Positions 41,401-56,049 of a stretch of DNA of 64,000 nucleotides are shown here, piece by piece. The DNA is from Proteromonas lacertae. Its lineage: Eukaryota. Location of the stretch: positions 62,001 to 126,000 of the forward strand of contig NGBS01000872.1 in NCBI GenBank assembly GCA_002245135.1, written 5' to 3'. The notes beneath the pieces were generated by a model that saw only the letters and a program-made list of their open reading frames with translations, did no database searches and was not told the origin of the DNA. How positions within the stretch are numbered: the stretch's first letter is position 1; every line of letters begins with the position of its first letter. The position numbers and the translations under genes are program-made.

Positions 41401-44400
41401 GGGTGCTCCTGAAGAGAGATTTGGAGAATATACTTACACTATTAAAGCTATAAATGATTATAGTCCAGCAGTATTTAAACTCTCAATTGAGGTGAGACCA
41501 TATGATAATTTTGATCAAATTTGTGCAGAGAGATATAAGGGAATTGTACTTACAGTTATTACTCAAGTAGAAGAACATCCAAATGATATGGGTTATAGAT
41601 TATTTTCCTCAAACGGCAGTTTAATAATAGAAAGAGTGAAAGGATCATTTGTTGCTAATAAAACTTATAATATAAGAAGATGTATTCAACCAGATTGGTA
41701 TAATTTGCAATTGGTTGATTATTCTAATTATGGTTGGAAAAGTGGTAATGTTCAAATTAAAGTTGGTAATTCTATAATTGGTAAATATGTAGTTGATTTA
41801 TTAGACAGTGATGGTATAAGGAATATAACAATGCATAGTATATTATATATTTATTAATTATATAGTTGCATATTACATTAATGATGATACTGAATGGCAA
41901 TATTCTCAAAGTTATGTTGATGGTTGGATGTTCAGTAATTCCACAGTTGCTGGTGGATGGCCAAAATCAAAAATTTCATCGCTTAAAAGAGGACCTTCAA
42001 CACCAACTTATTATTTAAGAACTCAATTAACAGTAGAAAAAAATAAATATACAGGATATCTATTAAGGTATTCTCATAAAGCAGGTGTAATTGTTAGAAT
42101 AAATGGAATCGAAGTGTTCAGAGAGAATTTACCAAGTGGAAATATTGATGCGAATACTTATGCTACACAATCATTACCATTAGCTGTTGAAAGAAAGTTT
42201 ATTTTGCCAATAAAAGATTTAGAAGAAGGAGGAGTTATTTCGTTTGAAATTCATAATTCAGCAACTGATAATAACTTCCCATCAGAAGAACATATGTTTT
42301 TACTTCCATTAGATGGTGATAATGAAGAAGATTGTATTTTATTACCGATTTATGATGGAAAGATTACTGAATCATCAAGTAAAAGTTGTAAAGAAAATCC
42401 ATACTGTGTAGATAAAGCATTTGATATAGCAACTGCTTATGCATCATACTGGGAAGATGATTATGGAAATGTACAGTCTCAATCATTTGCCACATTAAAA
42501 TTTGGTGATAATGGTTATTATGGATTTAATCAATTCTATCTTGCAGCTACTACAGATCACTCTAAAGATCACTATCCAAATCAAGTAAAAGTGTTTGGTT
42601 TACAAGGAATAGAATCTAATTTATTATCTGAATTATATCCAGTTTATTACTTCAAAGATTCGGAAGATACTACTATGTCTCGAGCAACATTCAATAATGA
42701 TCCATATAAGTTATATACAGGAATGAAAATTGAAATACCAAAATCAAATCAACCAACAACACCATATAAGATGACAGTTTTTGAAATTGGTTATCAATTA
42801 TGTCGTTATAAGACTTGCAAAGCAGATGCAGCTCAATTATTACCAGTAGGAGAAGCAAATCATATTTATGATGTAAATTGTACAGAAGGTGGTGAAGGAA
42901 TAAGAAAATTCTATTGTTCTAATTTGGAACATTGGATTAATATAGAAAACAGATGCAGTGAAAAACCAACATTCATTGATCCACCAGCTATAAAAACATT
43001 TAAAACAGGACAAATATTAAATGATGAAGCATTATTCTTTGTATCAGGAAGTGGTATTACATATACTAATTCATTAGGAGGTATATATTTATATATTAAT
43101 TTTATATTTTAATAGATGCCTTTATTCCAGGATTGAAATTCGATAAATTAAGTGGACATGTAAGTGGAACTCCAACAAAAGCTGATAGTTATCCAGTAAC
43201 ATTCACAATTTCTAATCAATACGGCTCAAGTGTTCATTCCATGGTAATAATAATAGAAGAAGGTGGTAATGACATTATTGTAGAAAAAATTGAATCACCA
43301 TTAACATTAACACAATTTCAAAAGTATGAAAAAGTACAAGTGTTGTGGGTAAAAAATACACTTCCAGTTAAATATTATGCTACAAAACTCCCAGCTGGTT
43401 TATCAATCAATGTAGATACAGGAATGATAAGTGGAACTCCAGAAGTAGAAGGAGAAGGTGATTATACTATAACAATAAAGAATGATAAAAGTTCAAAAGA
43501 AGTGAATATAAGAATAATTGTCACAACAAATGATGATGCAACAATAGTTAGATCTGAATCAAAAATTGATTTAGAATATTTGAAAGGTTATAGTAATTTC
43601 AAACCATTAGTATGTAGTGGAAAAGGAATAACATATAAAGTGGATAAAGAATTACCTAAAGATTTAGTTTATGATTCTAATACTGGTGCCTTCTCTGGTC
43701 AAGTATTTGCTGATCCTCAAAGTGCAATTGATTATGTATTTACCTGTACTTCATCAAATGGAAAGAGTCAAAAAGTGAGTATTCCAATCTCTGTAAATCG
43801 AGATGCTGATAGTCCAATCTTAGTTAATAAGAAAGAAAAAGTTGAATTAACAGTTGGTGATGATTTAGTGAATGAAAAATGGTTTGAAGTAACAGGTGAA
43901 GATTTGAGTTACAATTATGATGTATTACCAATGGGAATTGAATTAGGTGAAAAGAGTGGTTTAATCAATGGATATCCGAAAGAACCATTTAGATCAAGAG
44001 ATGCAACATTTTATGTAAAGAATAAGAATGATAAAACAATATCTTTTGAAATTGGAATAACCGTAAAACCCTCTGAAAAGCCAGTAATTCCTGATTCTTC
44101 TGTTTATAAGAATGTGAGTATTCCAACAGGTAAACCAGTAAGTGAAAAGATCTTTGATGTAGTAGGTGGTGATGTATTTGTATCTTCAATAGATCCTCCA
44201 TTACCAAGTGGTTTTTCAATCAATGCTCAAGGATATTTACAAGGATTAGCCGTTTATGATGTTGCTAAAACAACGTATAAAATAACATTAAGTGATGCTA
44301 AAGGTAAATCCACAATAGTTGAAATTCCGTTAGAATTTGTTTCAATGAAATGTACAGCTGAAAATGATTATGCAGCAACTCCTGTAGGTGAAACAGCTGT

Positions 44401-44668
44401 AAAGAAATGTGGAGGTGGTAAAACTGGTTTTATTCAGCGAAAATGTTTATCTGTAGATGGAAAAGCAGTATGGCAAAAAGAAATTGATGAATGTTCGTCA
44501 AGTAACACAGGTGCATTAATAGGAATAATAATTGGTTGTATAATTGGAGGAGGAGTGATCTTCTTAGGAGGTTATTGTATATATGTTCGACTTGGTGGAA
44601 CAACAAAGCATGTAAGAAAAACAGCTGAACATATAGTTGATACAAAAGACAGTGGTGTTAGAATTTAA
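38428..44668 (+). CDS. PA14/He_PIG type I surface protein, tandem paralogue copy 2
   Basis: Same exon structure and domain order as 31701-37948, offset about 6720; C-terminal ~380 aa identical. Confidence 0.85.
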
Positions 44669-44845
44669 TTATGAAAGTGCGAATCTTTTTCATTTTATTA
44701 TTATTGCATATCTTATTTTGACCATATTCTTTTTGTTGTTTGAGGATTAATGCATCACATATTTATAAAGAATAAGTTTGTCAAACATAACAACCAAGCC
44801 AAGCTTTTTGTGTTTTTTTATATTTTGTTTTCTTCTTCTTTTGTA

Positions 44846-46302
44846 ATGAATAAAGTATCTTTCTTTTTTATAAACTTTAGATACATACATTTTTCATAAT
44901 TGTGATAATTTTCTCAATTTTTATACCGAAATATCAAGTAATGGCAGAAAATCTAAACGAGACTCCAGATGGAAGTGATGATGATGATAGTACAAATGTA
45001 GAACCATCTGGTCCTGCTCCTACAGTTATTCCAAGCGAGTATATAAAGTCAATTGGTGATAGTTGTTATCACTTTAATGTTCCAGCCTCATATTCCTCAT
45101 TAATTCCTATTAATTATCTTCAGATTTTTTCCGATTCTCTATCAATAGGAGCTTCAATAAAACAAATAATACCAACTGTGTCTAATGATATAAATGTAAT
45201 ATTAAAGTATATATATTATAGTTTAATTCAATTATATAATAAATTAGTTTCAAAGCTACAAGGTCAGAAACAGATAATATTACAAGTTATGAAATATCAG
45301 AAATAAATAAAGATGAATGTTTTATTCATACTTCTGAAAGTTCTACACTGAAACTTATAAATTCATTTATCTCTGGATTAAATATGAATGAATATTCATA
45401 TTTATCAATAAATGATCAAAGATTACAAGAGTTTATTAAAAGACTAGCGCCAGAAACTGATGTTGATGGAATACTTAATTCTGCTACTCAATTAATAAAA
45501 GGAATGGTAAAACAATATGATCTTAGTTTCTTCAGAATAGAATTTCTTAATCCTCAAACTCAACGTTATGTCAAATACAGTGTAGTAGGTGGTAAAATCA
45601 ATGGAACATTAGTTCCATTAGCCGAAGGTAGTGAAATTGATTGTAAATATGTAACACCTGATGATAGAGCAAGGCCATTATACGATGATTGTATTGATTA
45701 TGGATCTGTATTTGATATAAAGATTAACTTGGTAAATAATACAATTTATTCAAAATTAACAAGTAATATGAATATGGGTGGAGGAATGGGTAATGCAGAA
45801 TTGAAAGTGTTTGCAAAGTATTTTTATTATTATTATTATTTTATAGATTGTTATATGATAGAATACCTATGTTTAATTACACTGTATTGAATCTAACAAC
45901 AATTCTAAGAAATGATACTTATGTTACTATTCATGATGATACTACATTAGGTGTAATGCAAATGGTATTGGATAGAACAATATCACCTGGTCAACATATC
46001 CCATTTAAGTATAGATATTATTGATTTGAATTAATAGTGATCTTGATTATATTTTCAGTGGTATGATGGGTCTAAATAGTGATTATGAAATTATTGAGAG
46101 TATTGGCTTAGGATATATGGACGATTATCACTTTTATGCTTTAAAGAATGGAACTGCTTATTTGGAAGTATATGATTATAAATTTACAGCTGAAAAACTA
46201 GAGCCATGTGTGCCAAATACTGAAGTAGGTGAAGATGGAGTGTGGATTTTCAGCTATAATGTTTTCTTGTTGTTTTTTACAGTTTTAGTCCTTATCATGT
46301 AA
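44846..46302 (+). CDS. Hypothetical secreted/membrane-anchored protein (multi-exon)
   Basis: ATG AAT AAA, intron 44855-44880, then a hydrophobic signal-like segment. ORF fragments are separated by GT..TAG introns. Hydrophobic C-terminus (VFLLFFTVLVLIM). Confidence 0.6.
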
Positions 46303-46417
46303 CATATTATCTTCTAAAAATGCATTTTTAAATATGTTGTGTGTAATAATATCAGTGAAAAATAAGAAAATAAGAAAAGTATTCCAAGCTTTATATCAAG
46401 CTGAATTCTTTTTAAAA

Positions 46418-47767
46418 ATGGGTGGAGAGCCATCTGTACATAATTTTTGTATTATAATTCAATAGAAAATAGAATCAAATGATAATTTATCATTTCAAAA
46501 CTTTCATTTCATAAAGCAGTTGGGACATTCAAATTGTTCCATATATATGAAGCAGAATACACATGAAATGTATGTATTCAGGAAAATGAACATACCTCAA
46601 GAAGATTTACAATCGAAAGTATTGAAATGATCATTTTTCAATTTTTTCTATAGATAGCTCAAATTAAATCATTAGAACATCCAAATATAGTAAGATACTA
46701 CGATTTAATTACTGATGCAGAGAATAATACATATGTTGTAGAAGAATTATGTGAAGCTTCGCTTGAAAGCATTATACAGACAAATAAAATATCAAAAACA
46801 TTACCATCAGAAAATGTATAATGTTATTAATATATTATGTCTAGGATATTCTCTACTGTTTCAAACAATTAGCAGAAGCATTGAATCATATCCACTCACA
46901 GAATAAAATTCATGGAAATATTTCATTACCAAATATATTACTCCATGATAGTACCTATAAATTGTCAAACAGTTTTACTTCTACTTCATCTTCTTCTTTT
47001 TCAGCCTATATACCTGATCTTCAAGATAAATCTGACAATCTAACAGCCTCTATTGATATATGGTGTTTAGGATTAACAATGTACTTATATTCAACAAATC
47101 AATTGTTAAATGATCTTAGTGAAGAATCATTTTTCAATTTCCCACCAATCAGAACCGTTTCAAGTGAATTAAATAATTTAATATTATTATGTCTATCCAG
47201 AGACCCATCTGATCGTCCGACCAGCGATAAAATATTACATATGAATATAATAATCAATTGTTTAGCCTATGAACAATCATTGATTAAAACAAAGCAAGCT
47301 CAATTGAATATTAATGAAATTGATAGTTATCAGAAGTTGAACGATAGTATTAATAATATCCCTCCACCTCCATCAACTTCTCCAATTCCACCAAATGAGA
47401 CTATTATTAAAAGTATAAATAAATACAATATATATTATATATAGTTGGTATAAAGGATATAAATGATTCAATAAATGATATTGAAAGTAATGAAATAGAT
47501 AAAAAGATAGATGGAATAGTGAAATTATCAAATCATGTTTTACATAGTATATATATATATATATATATATATTCTGTTTTTATTACAATTATATATAGAA
47601 GATGATATTACAATGTTATACAACCAACAACATGTACAAACCATTATTAATAATACGTTGTTTTTACCTTCAAATTATGATAGTGATATTAATAAAATGA
47701 TATTATTGTACTATCGTGGTAGTCTTATATTATGGCAAGTTAGTTATTATTATCGTATATATATATA

Positions 47768-47803
<36 letters not shown>

Positions 47804-50692
47804 AATAATAGCTAAAATATTTGATTATTTTAAAGAAACAAATAATGATTTTCTTACATTAATTATGAAACTATATAATATTAATAATATTGAATTGCAG
47901 ACTATCTTATGTTGTTTAATATGGATGGTATCTTCATTGCAAGAATATAGCAACATGTTTGTTAATAATAAACAATTAATAGAATTATTAATTCATTCTT
48001 TAAAAACATATAATTATGATCTAAAGATTAGAATATGTTCAGCCTTGTGGAATATCTCTTTAATATGTATTTGTTTGTCATATATATTTCTAGCTGATAA
48101 TAGTTTGTTAATTCATGAGTTAAATGGAGTAATAGAAATAGTATCTTGTCTATTGATTGATAATATGGAATTGAAAATTAAAGCAAGTGGATTATTAAGT
48201 CATTTGACGCTTACAGATTGTTGTAGAGTTGATATTATACAATATGGAGGAATTCCATTAATTTTATTAAATATGGTAAATGATAATGTTGAGTTATCTA
48301 TTCGATCAATTGTTATAGTGAGTAATTTAGCATTAGATGAAGATGGGGTGGAAATATTGACCCAAACTGAATGTTTAGATATATTATGTAGATTATTATC
48401 ATCATCTGCTAATGATAATGTAAAAGCTCATGTTTGCACTGCAATTGGTAATTTGGCTGATGTTGAAATGAATAGAGCTATAGTTTATACTGATGGATGT
48501 GTTGATATATTGTTGGAATTACTTCAAAAAACTGAAAATTATGGATTGAAATCAAGAATCTGTTTTGCATTAAGTAAATTAAGTGAAAATGGTATTATAT
48601 ATTTTTTTTAAGTATTATGTATTATAATAGAATCAATATATTTTCAAATATGTCATAGTTTAACAATTACAAAAACACTATTATCTTCATTGTTTGTTGA
48701 TGATATGGAATTGAATGCTCAAGCCTGTCAATTGTTATATTTCTTATCACAAGATAATAACAATACAATAGTTGAAGAAGGCGGAATTCCTCTTATATTG
48801 TCATTATTAAAGAATCAAAATAAGGATAATGAAGAAACAGTGTTACTGTCAATATCAGTATTAGCTAATATTACATCATATAGTATTTTATTATTAGTTA
48901 TTCATAATATTATATAGATAAAGAATCATTGTCTATTATTATTGAGCATAATGGTATTGCCATATTGAAGGATATGTTTTCATACAGCAATAATAAAGAT
49001 ATCATCATTCAAACATGTATTGTTGTTGGAAATCTTGCATTAGATGGTATATGTTTCATATTTATTTGTTTTTGTTATAGATGATAATATCTCCTTATTG
49101 GATAAAAATGGCTATTTGTTTCAATTGGGAAAATATGTTATTGAATATGATAAAGATATTGATATTGCTACAGCTGCTGCTGCTGCTTTGTGTAATTTAG
49201 TAATTGAACGTATAAATAAATATCTTTATATTATAATAATTAGAGAATTGTGCTTCTAACTTACTAAAGACAAAATATAATAATTTAATAATATACAAAT
49301 TATTAGATATTATGCATTATCAGTTAGATAATAGTGTATTCTTATGTTACACAAGTGCTATATTATCTGCATTAGTTGGTAATTGTGGTATATATATATA
49401 TATATATATATATTGTAATTATTATTTTAATTAGAGAATGTAAGAGAAATGATCTATCAGAATAATGGCATTCCATCAATATTACAATTACTACAACATG
49501 AAACAAAAACATATCCGTTACAATCTAATTTGATAATTATGTTAGGTAATTTGAGTAATAATAATGCAGCAATTCAAAATTATATTTACAATAACAATGG
49601 ATTATCAATAATAGAACAGAGACTTTCATTTCTAGTAAAACAAATAACAGAGATTAATGAAGGAATGAACAATGAAGAAATTACAGAAATTCAAAATGTA
49701 ATATCAGATTCCTTACATTCAATATCTCAGATTGTAGATAATGAAGATATAAGTAATAATTATTTAAGACAGAATAATATATATGAGTATTACATAGACT
49801 TATTATCATTGCCAATTCTAACAGTAAAAATACATATAATTGAAATTTTTACTACAATTTGTCTGTATTATTCAAATAGAAATTACTTCAGAAATATGAT
49901 AGATAAATTATTAGATATGTATTTATTCAATGATGAAGATCTATCAACAGTTGTAACTGAGTTGTTGTTATTATTATCAGAGAATAATTGTATATATGTT
50001 ATATTTATTAGTTTATTGTAGACAATACTTGTAATGATTTAATGAAAATGAATGTTTTTGATGCAGTTATACCTTTGTACAATGTTTCTGCAGATTCATT
50101 GTTAATAGAGTCAATCACTGGATTAATATATAATATTATATCTTTCAGTATAATTATATTCATTAATTATTATTGTATAGGAGATTTTAGAGATAGAATA
50201 TTGCAATATAATATAATTAAAATAATAACACCATATTTGAATGAAGAGATAATCATGTTTAAGTTGTATTTATTAGGAATATGCAAATTATTGGATTTTG
50301 AAGGAGAAGATTTCTTTACTGATGATTCAGTAATAGTGTATTTATTAAAAGCCTTAGAATTGGATAATAAAAGAGTTATATTATATTCTACCAGAGTTTT
50401 GATAGATTATGTGGATAAACCTAGTAATCTAGTGAAATTGTATCAATATCATGGAATTCCATTATTGGTAATGTGTTTGAAATATAGTGATAGAAATATA
50501 TTGTTTTATAGTTGTCATTTGTTGTTAAAATTAGTAGAACATTGTATATATTGTTTGTTTATTGTATATTTATTAGATAAGCAAGATATATTGAATGAAA
50601 ATCCAACACCTTTTTTAAGTGGTATAACGAATAAATATGATATTGAGTTTAAAGAAGTTACTTCTAGACTTGTGAACGAATTAAATCATTAG
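46418..50692 (+). CDS. Protein kinase-like (probable pseudokinase) domain fused to armadillo repeats
   Basis: Start MGGEPS; HPNIVRYYDL, IHGNISLPNILL, DIWCLG, CLSRDPSDRPT; then ARM repeats (ICSALWNIS, GGIPLIL, AIGNLA, AAAALCNL). Many short introns; a single gene is inferred. Confidence 0.7.
47548..47800. repeat. Intronic (TA)n and (ATT)n microsatellites; also at 49389-49412 and 63051-63093
   Basis: Simple repeats directly visible inside GT..TAG introns. Confidence 0.85.
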
Positions 50693-50771
50693 AATGTTTT
50701 ATTTTTATTGTTTATTATGTTGAACAAAGAAAATAAAAATAAATTAAAACAAATCGCATTAAATCTTCTTA

Positions 50772-52519
50772 TTAACCTTTTTTACTTTTTAAATTCTTAG
50801 TATATGGATTTTCACTTACTTTTATATTTAATCTTACTGGAACTCCATTAAAATCAAACTCTTCTCTGAGTTTAGAAACAAGAAATCTTTTGTAACCATC
50901 ACTAACATCATAAGTATTGCTAAACAACAAAAATGAAGGTGGTCTTGTTCCTACTTGTGTAATATACTTAAGTTTTGTTTCTCTATTTCCTATTTTTGGT
51001 GGTGGTTTATGTGTTGTTATTAACTGCAACCATTTATTCAATTTACTAGTTGCTATTTTTCTATTCCAATTCTCATATACTTGCAAGCATAATTCATATA
51101 TACTATCAACACCAAAACCAGATTTAGCTGAAATAATAAACGATGGGATCTTTCCAAACTATTGATAAATAATAATAACTATTAAATATATAAATATACA
51201 TTTGGGAATTTTTGTTGTGTATAATCCAACAATTGACTCTTAGCAGCACTCCTATCCTCAATCAAATCTCCTTTATTCAATACAACTACTAACCCTCTTC
51301 CTTCTTCATATATTTTATTTGCTAAAGATTCATCTATTCTAGTCATTGCTTTATCACCATCCATCACTAATACCACAATATTACTAAAATTAATAGCATT
51401 ATAACTCATATTAAGTGATAATAAATCAAGTGGCTTCTTTGGATCTCTTTTCATCGATTTATGAATACCAGCTGTATCAACTAATATTATTTTCTTATTT
51501 TTAATTTGATGTTCTACTGTAATATTTTCTCGAGTTGTTCCTGGTATGGGTGAAGTTATCATTCTATCAGATTCTATTAATTTGTTTATTAATGTACTTT
51601 TACCTACATTTGGTCTTCCAATAATAGCTATTTGTAGAATATTCTCTTTAGCTTCTTTCTCATATTTTTCTTTAATTAATTTCACTTCTTTTAATTCTTC
51701 ATCTGTATATTTTGCTAATGGGAATAATACATCATATAAATCACTTATTCCTTCACTATGCTCACTTGATATTGGGATTGGAAAGCCAAATCCTAATTTC
51801 ACTATACTAGTAAAGATATCGGAATATTTTCTACTTTCATATAATTCTTCAATACTATTATTAATCACTAAACCTTCTGTCTTATTCAATAATACAAATA
51901 TATTTTTAGTTTTCTTATATTTTCTTAAATGTCTATTAAGTGTAGATATAAATAGATATATTATACTTTGCAAATACATAATCAGTTGGATTTAAATCAC
52001 TTCTTCCATCAATCATGAAGAATATTACATCACTCAATTGTATTCCTATATCTATTTGTTCATTGAGTTTTGTTTTTATTCTATATTGTATATATGATAT
52101 AAATAGTACATATCTTTATTACAAAGATCTTCATATCCACCTGTATCAATAACAGTGAATTTTAAATCACCTATCTTTCCGATTCCTTCTTTCCTATCCC
52201 TTGTTGTACCTGCTGTCTTATGTACTAAAGCATCCCTTTTCCCAACAAGACGATTATAGAGAGTACTTTTACCAACATTTGGTCTTCCAACTAAACACAC
52301 TGTCAGATATTTATATAATGGAACAGGTGATTGCTGTTCCTCAGAAAAGTAACGAGGTAATAAATGAGTTCTAGAACATGAAAAATGAAGGGAATTAATA
52401 GAACTAGTGTTTGTAGTTATAAATTTTGCTTGAATGCAAAGAAAATTCTATAATATAATATAAATCAATACTAATTTATTTGGACACTGCTTTAAAAACC
52501 TAAATGAAGAAAAAAACAT
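50772..52519 (-). CDS. der: EngA/Der double-GTPase ribosome biogenesis factor, likely organelle-targeted
   Basis: Two G domains ([10 protein letters not shown] twice, GTTRD/GTTRE, DTGG/DTAG, NKTE/NKGD) and a KH-like C-terminus ([13 protein letters not shown]...[10 protein letters not shown]). N-terminal extension [10 protein letters not shown] is Ser/Arg-rich and acid-poor. Confidence 0.9.
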
Positions 52520-52642
52520 TAATACAACAAAATACGTTATTGTTTTGTATTGTGATTATTGGATTAATAACTATATAAATTCAACAAATAATTAAAAAAT
52601 AATACTATAAAGTGTATAAATTTTATAAATAGGCGTGAATTA

Positions 52643-53849
52643 TTAATCATCATCACTATCCATTTCAAATACATTTGTTTTTCTTTTCTTTGGCAATACA
52701 AGAACTTCATTTTCACTATTAGATTCAGTATCAGTATCAGCATCTGATGAAACTATGTTTCTTATGTTATTTTTCTGTTTTTGGACATTATTGGATTTAT
52801 CTTTAGCTACAATTGGTGGAGGTGGTATTGGTTGGGAATTATTCTGTGATAATTCAAATTCAGCTCCTTGTGATTCTACCATATCATTATTCTCTATATC
52901 AGTAATATCACATGTAGCAATCAAAGCATGAAATATAAATGATTTATTAGAAGAGTCATTATTCGATGATGTAGAGGAAGAGGTATTATTATCAACAGAA
53001 TTAGTAGATATTAACAATGGAATGCCACCTTTATCAAAATAGAGATGAATATTTTCAATTTGTGGGAATAAAGTATCACAACAAGTTAATATTGTTTTGA
53101 ATTCCTTCACTGATAGTGTAAATGAACCATCTACTAAAATATTGCAAGTGTGAAACTCTGAAGTGTTGAAAGATACAGAACCTTGTAATACATTTCGAAC
53201 TAATGTATAATAGAGATATATTGTTTATAAAAAATACCTTGTATAGAATCTAATCTTCCATAAAAACTACCAATCTTCAATGTATCACCTGTATACTCTA
53301 TATTCACTTCTTCTGTGTCATGAATATTGGTTAATAATTGTAATATTTGATTTGGAGAACATACTATAAGGTTTCTAACTGAATTTGGATCATAATCTGG
53401 TAAATGAGGTGTACAGTCTGCATAATTGAATATGTGTCGCTTAATTAATCCATTCACACAATTTAATTGAAATAATAACAATGCATCACCATTTTGTTCA
53501 TATGTTTTCATTAACACTTGTGTTACATTTTTGATATTTCTAAATGGTAAACTAAGACAATGAACTGATATTTTTAATAATAGGGGAGTAGTCGAATCAT
53601 TTAATCTACACATAATTGAAATAATTAACAAAATACATATATTTAGTGAAAAACGATGATTTAAATTCAAAAGTAATAAATGCTTGATGGCTGTCATTCA
53701 AAGTTCGAAAATAAACTCTATCTGAATTAAATTCCATAATTACTTCTTTACCAATCTTTAAAAAATATATGATACGATTATACTTTAGAAATACATTGAA
53801 CTGCTGAGCAAAAAATCTTTAAATTAACAGCAGGTATCACACATTCCAT
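52643..53849 (-). CDS. RAD9: Checkpoint clamp (9-1-1) subunit Rad9
   Basis: Spliced N-terminus MECVIPAVNLKIFCSAVQCISKIGKEVIMEFNSDRVYFRTLNDSHQAFITFEFKSSFF; later KEFKTIL, LYFDKGGIP, HALIAT; tail with KKRK NLS and terminal DSDDD. Confidence 0.8.
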
Positions 53850-53936
53850 GTTTTTTATTTTGGCGGTATTTGAAAAAATATTTTGAGGGGTTTTATTTTC
53901 ATACACCAGATTTTATAAATATTGTTTCTTTCATCA

Positions 53937-55004
53937 ATGGATGAGTTTTTAGATAGAATAGAAGATTGTACAGATTCTATATGTGGAAGGTGTGGTAAAG
54001 GATCTAATGTAAATACGGGACATATAAAGAAGAGTTATCTTTGGTGTTTACTTGCTTTGTTTATTATTATTATACTTATTGTGTTTATTATGCTAATGTG
54101 TGGTATTACTGTGGTTGGAACTTTGGAGGTAGGTATATTTGTAAATAAAGCTACTCACAGAGCTTCAGGACCTTATTCTAATGGAGTATATTTTGCTGCT
54201 CCTTGGACGGATATAATAACATATCCAACAACAATAATGTACATAACAGCAGATACTTCAAGATTAAGTGATTATGGTAAACCAATACATGCTTGGACAA
54301 AAGAAGGTCAAGAAATAGATATTGATATAGCAATAATGTTCCATATTATAAAAGAGAATGTGATGTATGTGTATAGAAATTTTTATAAATCATATAAGGA
54401 TTTTTTATTACCGTCTGTTGTTTCAATAATTGCAGCTGATGCTGTAAAATACACAGTTATGGAATATTTCCAGAAAAGAGCAGATATAGCACAAACAATG
54501 GAAACAGATTTAAAAGCGATGTTTTTAGAGAATGGTTTTGCATTAGATGAATTTCAAATGTTAAGACAAATAATCCCAACTTCATTTGATACTATTGTTG
54601 AGAATAAAGTAGTAACTGAACAAAAGGCACTTACTACCTTGTACGAACGTAATGTTACATTAGTTGAATCAGAAATTACTATTATTCAACGTATTTATTT
54701 TTAATATTTTAATTTTATAGAAACTGCGTTAAAGAATATTTCTATTATTTTAGCTGAAGCTGAAAAAACTTCAAAGAAATTGATTACAGATGCACAAGCG
54801 TATTCTTTAGAAGTTGTACAAACTACATTAGCAAAATCATATAGTGAATTGGCAAATGAACTGAATATGACAATATCATTTTTTATAATTCTTTTTTTTT
54901 CATTCCTTTATTTAATTTACTCTTCTCAGTTGTTAAAGTATTTATGGAATAAGCATATTACAGAAGTACACCCAGATTCTGAAATATATATAACCAAAAA
55001 TTAA
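53937..55004 (+). CDS. SPFH/Band 7 (prohibitin-like) membrane protein
   Basis: N-terminal TM, EVGIFVNK, GVYFAAPW, AWTKEGQEIDIDIAIMF, EYFQKRADI; one intron at ~54691-54720. Confidence 0.8.
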
Positions 55005-55062
55005 TAATTGAAATAATTAATAATAATTTATATATTATCTTGTTGTTCTTATAATAATATTA

Positions 55063-56049
55063 TTATGAAGAAAAAATATTCGCTAATGAATCTATATAAT
55101 AAGTTGGAATAATCTTATTATCTGGTGAATTCATTTTCTCAATTGGTGTTACTCCAGTCAAAGTTAATAAAGTATCTAATCCATTCTATAATACATATAA
55201 TATATAACAATATACATCATTTCCAAAATTAATGTCTGTCTCTAATCTATCTCCAACCATCATTGTCTTTCTTGGATTTAGATTATATTGTTTTAAAATT
55301 ATGTCCATCATATATTTACTTGGCTTTCCTATTAACACATCAGGTTCATGTCCTACTCCACAACTTACACTCTTTACGATTGCTCCAGCTCCAGGAACCA
55401 ATAGATTTGGAGCTAATGGGAAAGTTGCATCAGTATTTGTAGCTATATAATTACATTTCTTATGATTAATATAAATCATCGCTTTTGAGAGTTTTCTAAA
55501 GTTGAAACTAAAATCTAATCCTACGACTACATTTTTAATTGTTTCACTTAGATTTATATCTAAATAATTATCACTTGGATGATTATCTTCTAATCCAGAA
55601 CATTTTATTCCAACACTTGATAATTCATCACATAAACCTTTTTCTCCAACTACATATGTATCATTCAACATATCATTCATTTTTAAGTACAACGCAGTTG
55701 CATAAGCAGAACTATTATTATATTATTGAAAGTTATACCCAACTATATTGTCGACTGTTGCATTAATTCCAAAACCTTTTAGTTTTTGCAAGAAGTTTTC
55801 TCTTGTACTTGTTGAATTGTTTGTCTATTTTTGAAAACATAATTATCAATAATCAATACAACAAAAATAACCATTTTACCCATCTCAGTCAATTTGTTTA
55901 CAGCATCTGGAACACCAGGTATAATGGATGCTCCTCTCCAAATAACTCCATCACAATCAAAGAGAAAAGCATCGTATTTAGATATTAATTCAGCAGAAAA
56001 CTTTTTAATTGATGAAGACTATTTATAATATTCCATGATTCTATACCAT
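55063..56049 (-). CDS. HAD-IIA phosphatase (phosphoglycolate/p-nitrophenyl phosphatase family), copy A
   Basis: FLFDCDGVIW, NNSTSTR, IATNTD, GKPS, MMVGDRLETDINFG, TLLTLTGVT; intron immediately after ATG. Confidence 0.9.
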
